NCBI GenBank assembly: GCA_002269645.1
Contig: NIVC01004572.1
Location: 1 to 41,721, forward strand
Length of the DNA: 41,721 nt
Source: Macrostomum lignano
Taxonomy: Eukaryota
Direction of reading: 5' to 3'
A program made the translations under genes and the position numbers. The notes beneath the pieces are model-generated. The model worked only from the letters and a program-made list of their open reading frames with translations. It made no database searches and was not told the DNA's origin. This document shows positions 19,708 through 30,516 of the stretch, in pieces. How positions within the stretch are numbered: position 1 is the stretch's first letter; every line of letters begins with the position of its first letter.

Positions 19708-22700
19708 CTAGACCCGATCCGTGTCGCCATGGTAGCTGCGTCTGTCGTTGCTATGGGAACGCGAGCCGGCCGAGCGGGCCCTCCTGTGAGCGGCGGCTGC
19801 CGAGCTGTTGGACCTGCGGCTGGCACCAGAGCCGCGCCTGGGTTGAGGCGGGGCTGTGGGCGAGCGACAAAGTGTTTTTGCAACTGCAGGCGAGACTGGT
19901 GCAGGTGAGACTGGTGCAGGTGAGACTGGTGCAGGTGAGACTGGTGCAGGTGAGACTGGTGCAGGTGAGACTGGTGCAGGTGAGACTGGTGCAGGTGAGA
20001 CTGGTGCAGGTGAGACTGGTGCAGGTGAGACTATGATAACAGATTTGACAACAGGTTAAAGTCCAGAGCAGTGCTACTCACTATCGCTTTGCACCCAGAT
20101 ATCCAGGATGTACTGCAGTACATGCGACATTCTGCCGAGCTGCAGAAAGCTAGCCTCCATGATCCGGGCTGAGTCAGGCGATGGATAGAGCAGCAGTGGG
20201 CCCAGGCAGGTGGCCAGCTGGTCAAGGGTCATCTTGTTGGCGTCTGATCGAAGCGCCACCCGCTTTAGGTGGTCCAGAATTGCCACCAGAGTCTCCTGTG
20301 AGGATGAAGGGTGCGAGAGTTCAAGTCATGATTTGGCAGGACTGGCTATTAAAAACTTGGAGCTCCCACACGGGTGGTGCGCTCATTTATTTGAATATTG
20401 ATCCATGTAGATACTGAGCATTGGGCAATGTACATTAGATAGAAATGCCTTCAGATCAGGCAATGTACGCTAAACCACGCACGGGGTGTCGGAGAACAGG
20501 AGCGGTCGCTTACTACTCGTAGTTAAATAAGTGCATCACAAAGGGGAGGCAGGGTTTGCTACCGGAGCACCAACTACTCGTTCTTCGGAGGGAAGTGCAA
20601 GGTTAATGCGTCTGCGTCTCGTGCCAAAGAGCTCATGCTCGATCCCATGAGCGGTCGCATTCATTTTGGTCACGTGACCGAAAATTGGTCTGGGCTTGTG
20701 GAATTCTCACCCATGAGGGCCAATCCCTAAGGCTTAGATTGTGTACAAGCCTGGAGATGAGGAACTTAGGGCCGCAGTTCACCCTATGTAAGTGTGCGCG
20801 TACATGTGCGTTTTGGTCAGCAAAATGAGCATGGCTGCTTGCCTCCTCGATAGCTACGGGTCGACTGTCGCTTTGATTTGTTCCAGTGCTCAACCCACCT
20901 GCAGAATAACAAACTAAATCAGTACTAAACTAAATCTTTCTCAATTCCCTGCGATCAAAGCCAAAATGGAACAGGAACTACTCGGATCATCTGAGATTAA
21001 TAAATCCAAAAACTTACATAAAAAGGTGTATAATATTGTCTTTGTCTGCGAACAGCCTTGTGACTTTAAGCTGCATTAATTCTCTGTGGTATTACTTTGT
21101 GTCCTGGCTTATTCTAAATAGCGCGCCCAAAACTCAATGGCAGCCGCATTCCGGGTGTCAGAGCGGCAGGCACATGGGTAGCGGCTCTGACTCAGGCTTC
21201 AATGGCAGCCGCATCCCGGGTGTCAGAGCGGCAGGCACATGGGTAGCGGCTCTGACTCAGGCTTCAATGGCAGCCGCATCCCGGGTGTCAGAGCGGCAGG
21301 CACATGGGTAGCGGCTCTGACTCAGGCTTCGCTCATCAATATGTGGAGCTTAGGAATTCGCTCATGAGTGCAAGAATAAAAATGCAAATTACTGCGGCCA
21401 GCAGCTTGGGTAACTCAATAATGCAAATGGAAAGACACACAAATGCAAATTGCAAGCTGATTCAGCCGTCTGTCTTGGAGTAAATTAGCAGCTTGTGCCC
21501 CGGTTGATATCGAATTATCCAGGGCCCCCACGAAGGCCTTGCGAATCGAGGTGAGAATTTCGCGATTCGCTCTGGCTGTCCGGCCTAAGAGAAGCACACA
21601 GTGCCACTTGGGTAAATTAAGTTAGCAGACATACAGGCCATTAAACATCGCTTCCACGGATCCAAGGGAAAATTATTTTCAAAAATAAAAATCTGGGTTG
21701 ATCTTTAACTCCGTAAACTGGATGGGAGCAGTACAGAAACGATCGTATTACACAATGTATTTTATGAGATACGGTCTGCTGTGAGCTGACTCGACTGCTT
21801 CACCTGCCCCAGCTAGTTCAGCTGCACCACCTGCCCCAGCTAGTTCAGCTGCATCACCTGCCCCAGCTAGTTCAGCTGCTTCAGCTGCCTCATCTGCCCT
21901 GCCCACAAAATCCTTGCGGCCCGCTAACAGGCACTCTGAGGAAAAGATCGCATGGAATGAAAATGCCGGGCAGGCAGGGCAGCTAGGGGGGCGGGGCTGA
22001 GTGGGAGCAGACAGGCATCTAATGATTTCCCCCAGTATCGATCCTCATGGTGCACTGAATTGAATGCCCCTCTCTTGAGCCTCTGCCGCACTCCGCAGTC
22101 GCTCGTGCCTCCTCATCAAGAGGAAGGGAAAGCCCAGCGACTTGCCGGTCACGAAAGAGGATGCGGCACTCATGCAGGACCGCCGCTGTCTCCACCGACT
22201 TTACTCTCTCTTAGGACTGGGCAGCGGGACTGCCGAGAGTCACAATTTCACTCCTGTTGCTTTTAGGAGCAAAAACCTTTGTGGAAAGCACCACCCGCCA
22301 AGACCAAGCATGCCCAGAGATGAGTCGTCAGACTGAGCGGCAGAAGTCTTCCCAGCAGTTGCGGCCATGCTGCCTGATGGGAGAAAGCAAAGAGCTGAGA
22401 TTTTGTGGCATTAACAGTACGCGGACTAGCGGGCTCTGCTCTTTAGTAGCCTTGTTAGAGAAAGTATCTAGCGTAAAGAAACAAATACGTGCATGATCCA
22501 TGACCGAAGTGCAGCTTGCACTGTTGAAGAGTTTTTGTTAGCTAAACAGATCAATGCGAATGAAAGCATGGCGATCGATTCCTGACAGCACATGAAAAAA
22601 TCAACTAGGTAAAGCTTGCTTATTGATGTCTGCACCCCCATGTGGAAAGATTGCTCAGAGCAAACACCCAAGAGCCACAGACCAGCCAGGGCAAAGTCCC

Positions 22701-24038
22701 TGACAGCTGGCTCAGGAGGGGAGGCGGCCACTCACTTGATTGACGGGCGGCAAACAGTCCAGGATGCTGAGCATGAGCTTGGCGCCGCCGCGCGGATCCC
22801 CGGGGATTTCCACGGCCAGAGCGTCCAGCAGCATGCGGTACAGAGCGTTGGTGAACAGCGGCTCCGGCAGCTCGCGAACAAAGTCCTTCAGGAGGCCTGC
22901 GATCAGCGGTGGGGTTGGCTGTCGATTAATCTGATCCCGAAATTATTCCCAGCTTCCCAATACGGGGCCTAGAAATCAATCGATTGTCTAGAGCACGAAT
23001 ATCCCATACTGACCGGCACAGCTTCAGCTTTCTCTCTACGAGAGCATGACCAAGGCATGCCTGGCCCCTGCTGTGAGCCTGTCTGCAACCGGCCTCATCC
23101 GCTTTCCTTGATCTTGCAATGATAATTTTTTAAAGCCTTACTGAGAAAATACGGGAAACCCATAGCAAAAAAGATAGCCGGGCAGTCCAACTCACCTGTG
23201 ACTGCATGAATGTCGGGCACCTTGTCAGCTGAAAGGTCCACCTTGCCAGGTCGCCGCTCGAAGGCTTCCCGCAGGCTTATCTTGCTCTTGTTGGAGCCGC
23301 ACAGCCGGTAGATGCCGGGAATGTCCAGACCGCGCCGCTCCACCTCGTCGATGCACTTTTGCACGAGCAGCGGCACCTGTTGGCCGGATTTCTCCCGGCG
23401 CACGAGGATATCAATGGGAACCCCAAAGATGGACGAATGCATCCGAGGCGACTGCGTACGGCACATCACTTCGGAGATGGAGTAGCAGGTCAGCTCAAAG
23501 TAGAGGCAGCCCTTGGGCTCCATGCCCAGGGCGATGCGCTCGGAGCGAATGCAGCGGTGCCGGAAGGAGGCTGCGAGGCTCACGAGGTTGACGCTGCCGT
23601 GGAAGCAGAGGCGGTGCTTGTTGCTCGGGTCCCACTGGTACAGCAGGAATCCAAGGCCGCGGGCTCCGGCTGCAAACAGATCAAACTGCTCGTCCCAATG
23701 GAAACATTCGGTGCTGGTGCGGATGAGGGAGCGGGCCATGCGGACGGAGTCCAGCTCCAGCAGGCAGTAGAGATCCCTCAGCGCCACTACAGGCGCGTGC
23801 AGGCCGGTGCCAGCCACCACGTGGACTCGCAGGACCCCGTCGATGCCGGCTGGATGGCCGGGACCCAGAGACCGCGCACTGCGGTCGGACGGGCACGGCC
23901 GGAACTCGTGCAGGCTCAAGCGGCCGGCCTGGCCCCTACGGCTTCGGCAGGAGCCCCAGCTGCCGCCAGCCCCGCCGCTGCCGCCACGCAGAAAGCAGCT
24001 GCCCCCACCTGCACAGTTGTTGCTTGCCACCAAAGGAA

Positions 24039-24084
<46 letters not shown>

Positions 24085-24483
24085 ATGAAGTTGCAGATTT
24101 TGCGGTTGCTGGAGCAGCGGCTGTTGGGGTTGATAAAAAGCTGCTTGGGGCAGCAGCTGAGATGAGCCCACCGAGTAGGGGTAGGTTTGGTAGCCGGGGT
24201 CGAAAGACGAGTGGTGCTGCAGAGGCAGACACTCGCTGCTCATCTGCCTGCCCGAAGCCAGTTGCACCTGCCGCTGTCTTTCCCAAGTGGGCGGGTAGCG
24301 GCCAGCGGGCCTGGCAGAGTCGCTGGTGTAATAGCCATCCAGCTGGTGGCTGCCCGCAGCCCCCAGTAACTCGCGCCCACAGGTGGCGGCACCTCGAATC
24401 CCTGCGGCATGGGCACGGGCGCAAACTCCGGTGGAGGCGGCGCCGCTGCAAATCGTGTGTTGGGACGGCAAGCTGAATTGGCT
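19708..24483 (-). CDS. syd-1: SYD-1 / RhoGAP100F / SYDE-like C2-RhoGAP protein; 5' exons not resolved
   Basis: Exons 23196-24483, 22736-22896, 20082-20295 and probable last exon 19708-20030; phases join 0/1/0/1. C2: [45 protein letters not shown]. RhoGAP: [34 protein letters not shown] (arginine finger present), [48 protein letters not shown]. Confidence 0.88.
19884..20030 (-). repeat. 15-bp tandem repeat (~10 copies), probably exonic, encoding (SPAPV)9-SPAV
   Basis: Minus-strand unit TCTCACCTGCACCAG; preceded by a 51-nt candidate intron (GTGAGT at 20081 ... ttatcatAG at 20031); frame stays open into the downstream exon. Confidence 0.75.
21134..21330. repeat. 65-bp tandem repeat x3 in a RhoGAP intron
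   Basis: Unit starts tcaatggcagccgcat at 21134, 21199 and 21264; near-identical copies. Confidence 0.92.
21801..21878. repeat. 27-bp tandem repeat x3
   Basis: cacctgccccagctagttcagctg at 21801, 21828, 21855. Confidence 0.85.
24039..24086 (-). repeat. Coding (CAT)4(CAG)12 tract encoding H4Q12 in the RhoGAP large exon
   Basis: (ctg)n(atg)n on +; ORF 23095..24471 reads [16 protein letters not shown]. Confidence 0.9.
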
Positions 24484-26040
24484 CTGCAGTTAGGGCCAAT
24501 CCGGCTACAGTCGCATTATAGTTCCAACAATTATAATTCCTGTCTTTTAGTTAGTACAGGGATATTATTTGTTGATCTGCTCCGCGCTTGCGGAATCAAT
24601 CTGTCCTCTCAGCCTTTCTGCATTACCCCTTAGGACGAGGCTTACCGCCCACATCTATTATTTCTAAAAAAGTACAAGTCAGCTGACTCGATTGAAAGCG
24701 GAAGGCTATTGTCGAGTACTCGTAAATCCCTTGCTGGGGAAGAAGACACCTCATTTCGCTGGAGCTGCAGCCAAATCCTATCAGCCCCCGCAATCTAAAT
24801 TCTGCCTGTCTTCTCTCCCAGCTGGTTAGCACTTCGAGCCGAGCTCTGCCGCAGAGGCTCTACTACCCGCTCCCTTCTGCGGACGGACAGGCCTCGCTCC
24901 CCTCGTCACTTGCCGCTGCTTGATGGGGTTAGAGAAGTGCAGATGTACTTTTCCACCCGCCATCGCGCAAATAAAGGCCGCGGGGCTCTGCACACATTGC
25001 TTAGAGAGCTCCGGGTCGGCCTAACTGGAGCAGGCAAGGACTTTCTCTGTGTGCAATTTGGCGGTGGGATGAGTGAATTGAGGTACGTAGTGTGCCGCAG
25101 CTCAAGCAGGCATGTAGGACTGCAGAGTTCTCTCGTACAGTACGTGGGATGGGACGGAATGAGAGAGAAAGAGCGGTCGCAGAGTTCGAGGCCCTCCTGT
25201 CCCAGGTGGCGGTGCAGGAATGTACGGCGCCAATCCATCCCCTCCTCTCTCTTCCCATCCAGCTCGATCCCTTCCGGTCGTCTCAGCCGCCCACTGCTCC
25301 CAGCAGTTCCCTCTCGTTTAGCCTTGCCCAGCAAGCCACTCGAACTCGCCCCGGTGGCCTCTCGACAGACGCCAGCCCTCATCCCCTCAATCTCAACCGC
25401 CGCCTCTCGATCCCATCCCGCTCATCCCCTTCCACTCGCGGGCATGCCAGATGTAGCGGCTCTGCGGCTGCACCTGCCTTCCTGCTGTGTCGGCCTTCTT
25501 CTCTCCCTTTCTTTCGACACGCAGCGAAATTTCGCAGAGTCACGCTCGCCTCTCTTATTTCGGCATCTCCCTTCCTCAAAAGCTCCAAGCCAGTGACACA
25601 GAAATTCCCAAAGAGAGTGAGCGGGAAAGAGCACTAGCGCTGGTGTTAACTATTGATGAGGCACAGCGCCCTGCTCTTCCAGCTTCCCTGGCATCCACTA
25701 ATTCGCAGCCCCATCAGCACTCAGATTTCCCAACTGTGGGGAGATTTGGATGAAAACAGCATTCTGGAGCTGCCGCTGGTAGGCAGGCGCTGGTGGCAAT
25801 GCGGATGGAGTAGCAGGGTGGAAGAGCGGTGTGGGCTGGGGCAGCATTCAAGGGAGAAAGTAGCAAAGGAGTTTCCTATGGTCTGCTTCTGAGGTGTGCT
25901 TTGAGAGTGGCGCCTTGGATATTTCTGAGGCACAGCATAGCACCTGCCAACTCACAATTGGCGCTGAAGGAGGCGTTTGGATTTTTCTGCTAAGAATTTG
26001 TACTACAAAATAGCAAAACTTATAAAGTTCTTAAAGGGTT

Positions 26041-27238
26041 AGTGAGTGACACAAAAATGCTGGAAGGTGAAGAGGAGGCAGTGAGAGTGACACAGAATGC
26101 TGGGAGGTGGAGAGGAGGCAGTGTGAGTGACACAAAAATGCTGGAAGGTGAAGAGGAGGCAGTGAGAGTGACACAGAATGCTGGGAGGTGGAGAGGAGGC
26201 AGTGAGAGTGACACAAAAATGCTGGGAGGTGAAGAGGAGGCAATGAGAGTGACACAGAATGCTATGAGGTGGAGAGGAGGCAATGAGAGTGACACAGAAT
26301 GCTAGGTGGAGAGGAGGCAATGAGAGTGACACAGAATGCTATGAGGTGGAGAGGAGGCAATGAGAGTGACACAGAATGCTAGGTGGAGAGGAGGCAATGA
26401 GAGTGACACAGAATGCTATGAGGTGGAGAGGAGGCAATGAGAGTGACACAGAATGCTAGGTGGAGAGGAGGCAGTGAGAGTGACACAGAATGCTGGCACA
26501 GAATGCTGGGAGGTTGAGAGGAGGCAGTGAGAGTGACACAGAATGCTGGGAGGTGGAGAGGAGGCAGTGAGAGTGACACAGAATGCTGAGAGGTGGAGAG
26601 GAGGCAGTGAGAGTGACACAGAATGCTGGGAGGTGAAGAGGAGGCAATGAGAGTGACACAGAATGCTATGAGGTGGAGAGGAGGCAATGAGAGTGACACA
26701 GAATGCTAGGTGGAGAGGAGGCAATGAGAATGACACAGAATGCTAGGTGGAGAGGAGGCAATGAGAGTGACACAGAATGCTATGAGGTGGAGAGGAGGCA
26801 ATGAGAGTGACACAGAATGCTAGGTGGAGAGGAGGCAGTGAGAGTGACACAGAATGCTGGCACAGAATGCTGGGAGGTGGAGAGGAGGCAGTGAGAGTGA
26901 CACAGAATGCTGGGTGAAGAGGAGGCAGTGAGAGTGACACAAAAATGCTGAGAGGTGGAGAGGAGGCAGTGAGAGTGACACAGAATGCTGGGTGAAGAGG
27001 AGGCAGTGAGAGTGACACAGAATGCTGGGTGAAGAGGAGGCAGTGAGAGTGACACAGAATGCTATGAGGTGGAGAGGAGGCAGTGAGAGTGACACAGAAT
27101 GCTATGAGGTGGAGAGGAGGCAGTGAGAGTGACACAGAATGCTATGAGGTGGAGAGGAGGCAGTGAGAGTGACACAGAATGCTATGAGGTGGAGAGGAGG
27201 CAGTGAGAGTGACACAGAATGCTAGGTGGAGAGGAGGC
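26041..27238. repeat. ~40-bp (37-41) purine-rich minisatellite, ~30 copies
   Basis: Unit (at/gg)gaggtggagaggaggca(g/a)tgagagtgacacagaatgct with length variants; it accounts for the many spurious overlapping ORFs at 26020-27135. Confidence 0.95.
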
Positions 27239-27249
27239 GGGAACAAGGG

Positions 27250-27720
27250 GAGTTTACAAAGAATTGAGATCGAAATCCTCGCTGAGGCAATAGGCAAAGA
27301 GAGTGGTGTGGCCTCACTGTATGCAGCGTACGGCCCTGCTGCTGAGTATCCATAATAGTCTGGGGCCGCGGCCGCCCGCCCGTGGAACAGATGGTTCTGC
27401 TCGTTCAACCGCTGATGAGGTGGTGGCAGTTGGCCGATCCCCATAGCGCCAAGTCGGTCGGCAGCGGCTGTGACCTCTTCGGCGGAGGCGAAGCCACCGG
27501 CCGCCCCCGCCGGGAGCCTCCCGTAACCGTGATGCAGCTCAGAGTCTGAGCAGTACTCCTGTCTGGAGTTTTGGCTGCCGGTCGGGCCGTACTGCAGGCC
27601 CGCGTCACGGCAAAAAGTGCGCGGTACCCGGCCTGCCGGGTGAGGGGCAAAGTGCACCCGCTGCTGCTGCTGCTGCGGCTGCGGCTGCTGCTGATGGTTC
27701 TCCAGCTCCCCTGAGCACAG
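27250..27720 (-). CDS. Possible upstream coding exon (Q/A/G/Y-rich), perhaps the N-terminal part of the RhoGAP gene
   Basis: Open frame RLCSGELENHQQQPQPQQQQQRVHFAPHP..DYYGYSAAGPYAAYSEA with GC-rich coding-like composition similar to the RhoGAP N-terminal exon; the splice link to 24483 is not established. Confidence 0.35.
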
Positions 27721-28922
27721 CCTCTATGGGGTCACTCCGAAAGCTGGTCAATGGACGGTGCGGGTAGCGGCGCCCCCGGCGGCGGCAGCGGATGGCGGCA
27801 TGGGTCCGGCCTGCTCTGGGTTTCCCTGTGTTGCAGTTCCGTTGCCAAAGTTTGTAGAGGCTTTGGCGTGCTCTGACAGGCAGGCCGACACAAATCGCAG
27901 GAGGCGGTGAGAGCCGGTCAGGTTCCGCCGGCTGCACTGGAAATCTCCATTTTCTGCGCTACCGTAGCTGGCAGTGGGTGAGACGAGTGAGCAGAGAGGC
28001 AGAGGAGATGAGAGAGACCGGACTGAGGCTCACGCACTGGTTGGTGCTGGGCCAGGAACTCTGCAGTTCATCTCTGTCCCGTCCCGGCTCACAGCAGTGG
28101 CCAGTGCACTCACTCGCGCACAACTGGAGAGCGGGCAGCCTGCCCCAATCCTGTCTCGCTCCCCAATTCTAACACTAATCGGCCTCTGCGCTGCATTTCC
28201 CGCCCGCTCCGCTCTTCCCCTCTCTTCCCGTGAACTTTCCCGCCCAAAAGAAACACAGCGGTGCAGGGAGGCGGGGAGGAGAGGAGGCGGGAGGAGGAGG
28301 AGACCAGCGGAGGCAGTGTGCCGAAGGGGCGATGGAGGCCGGTGGCCGGCTTTCACTCCCGGCGGGCAGCGCATTGTCTAGCCGGGTGCAGCGGAAGAGA
28401 ACGACGGGGGAGGGCTCAGAGTTGGCGCTGAGTGGCGACCGTGTTTGGGAAAGGCCTGCTAGCGCTCGGGGTCAAAAAACTGGCTGTGTCCCGGCAGCCC
28501 AGCCGGCATTCTCTCCGTGTCCTGTTAGGCGATTCAAAGGGAGGAACGAAAGTTCTGAGACACCAGTGACCTGAGAAGAATGGCAGGCTCACGGAATAGG
28601 GTGAGCTCAGTAACTTTGGGAGTGATCAAAGAGGATAGAAAGGGGAGAGGTAGAAAGTAGGGAGTAGGCAGAAGAAGCCACGGCAAATTCAGAAAGTTGC
28701 TGAACCCGGGATTAGACATGGCTGACTGGGAGCTCGGCTCATACGAGCGCCTTTTGCTGCTCCTTTAAATGGTTTGAAAGAGCGAGAGTAAAATGCGCTC
28801 GTAGATTGCAAAAAATTAATGCGGAAAATATCGGCGATGGCGAGGAGGCCAGCTTCAAAAAGTCCACGAAAAACATTCTGAGCACGGGTTTGTGCGCAGT
28901 AGAATTTCTGACCAATACGAGC

Positions 28923-29843
28923 TATTCTCAATGAGATTCTCAGGGAAATCGCACTGATTTCTGACCAATATTCTCAATGAGATTCTCAGGGAAATCGCAC
29001 TGATTTCTGACCAATATTCTCAATGAGATTCTCAGGGAAATCGCACTGATTTCTGACCAATATTCTCAATGAGATTCTTAGGGAAATCGCACTGATTTCT
29101 GACCAATATTCTCAATGAGATTCTCAGGGAAATCGCACTGATTTCTGACCAATATTCTCAATGAGATTCACAGGGAAATCGCACTGATTTCTGACCAATA
29201 TTCTCAATGAGATTCTCAGGGAAATCGCACTGATTTCTGACCAATATTCTCAATGAGATTCTCAGGGAAATCGCACTGATTTCTGACCAATATTCTCAAT
29301 GAGATTCTCAGGGAAATCGCACTGATTTCTGACCAATATTCTCAATGAGATTCTCAGGGAAATCGCACTGATTTCTGACCAATATTCTCAATGAGATTCT
29401 CAGGGAAATCGCACTGATTTCTGACCAATATTCTCAATGAGATTCTCAGGGAAATCGCACTGATTTCTGACCAATATTCTCAATGAGATTCTCAGGGAAA
29501 TCGCACTGATTTCTGACCAATATTCTCAGTGAGATTCACAGGGAAATCGCACTGATTTCTGACCAATATTCTCAATGAGATTCTCAGGGAAATCGCACTG
29601 ATTTCTGACCAATATTCTCAATGAGATTCTCAGGGAAATCGCACTGATTTCTGACCAATATTCTCAATGAGATTCTCAGGGAAATCGCACTGATTTCTGA
29701 CCAATATTCTCAGTGAGATTCACAGGGAAATCGCACTGATTTCTGACCAATATTCTCAATGAGATTCTCAGGGAAATTGCACTGATTTCTGACCAATATT
29801 CTCAGTGAGATTCACAGGGAAATCGCACTGATTTCTGACCAAT
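28923..29843. repeat. 46-bp satellite-like tandem array, ~20 near-identical copies
   Basis: Unit gagattctcagggaaatcgcactgatttctgaccaatattctcaat (period 46, e.g. 28933 and 28979); no spacers between units. Confidence 0.97.
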
Positions 29844-30516
29844 AATACGTTGATTAACACTTTCTGGTATAGCAGAGCACTTTTCACACATGCTCAGCGA
29901 GTTTGTTAAAAAATCAGATCCCATGAATTCGCTCAACTTTTGCAGCAATGTCTCACCCCCAGGGGTGCTGGGGAATCCCCGTGGCCCTCTCAATGCAGAA
30001 GTTCTACGCAAACTGGCTTCGTTTCTCCGCGGCATGAAAAACTCCCGGCGGGGCCCAGGCGGAAAAAGCAGGGAAGCCCCAGGGCAGAGTGGTTGCAGAA
30101 AACTGAGCAGCCGTTTAGCTTGGGAAGGCAAGTGGAATTTCTGATGTCACGATCCAGCGGGCGTGGCATTCAACAAAACAATTGCGGTCAACAATTTTTT
30201 TGCCTTTTTGTCAGCAGAGGTGCCTGAGTTCTTGTCGGTCCGATACCGATGTCGGTCCAAATGACTGAAGACTCGAGTCAATTAACTTGGGGAAACCACA
30301 GACCGGCCACCCGCTTGTCCAAGTGCAATGCAAGGTGGCTGGCGTAGCTAGGTGTATTTCATCGGTATATTTACCCAGGTAGCCGGAGGGCGAGTAGAGC
30401 GACGGTGTACGAAAGGTCAATAGTTTTTACCGACAGTTACAGCTAGCGCATACGCATAATGCAGTGCGTATAACACAAAACAGCGAATAAATTGTTTGGC
30501 GTCAGCGCCGCAGGTT

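Noticed and set aside
19644-20059. + strand ORFs with (VQVRL)n or (GETGA)n repeats
   Set aside because: Antisense readings of the 15-bp repeat; the minus-strand spliced frame explains it better.
26020-27135. Many overlapping ORFs (SLSLPPLHL.., CVTLTASS..)
   Set aside because: Translations of a 37-41-bp minisatellite; the period is not a fixed multiple of 3 and frames switch.
28923-29843. CRISPR-like array of palindromic repeats
   Set aside because: Units are head-to-tail with no unique spacers, there are no cas genes, and the context is eukaryotic.
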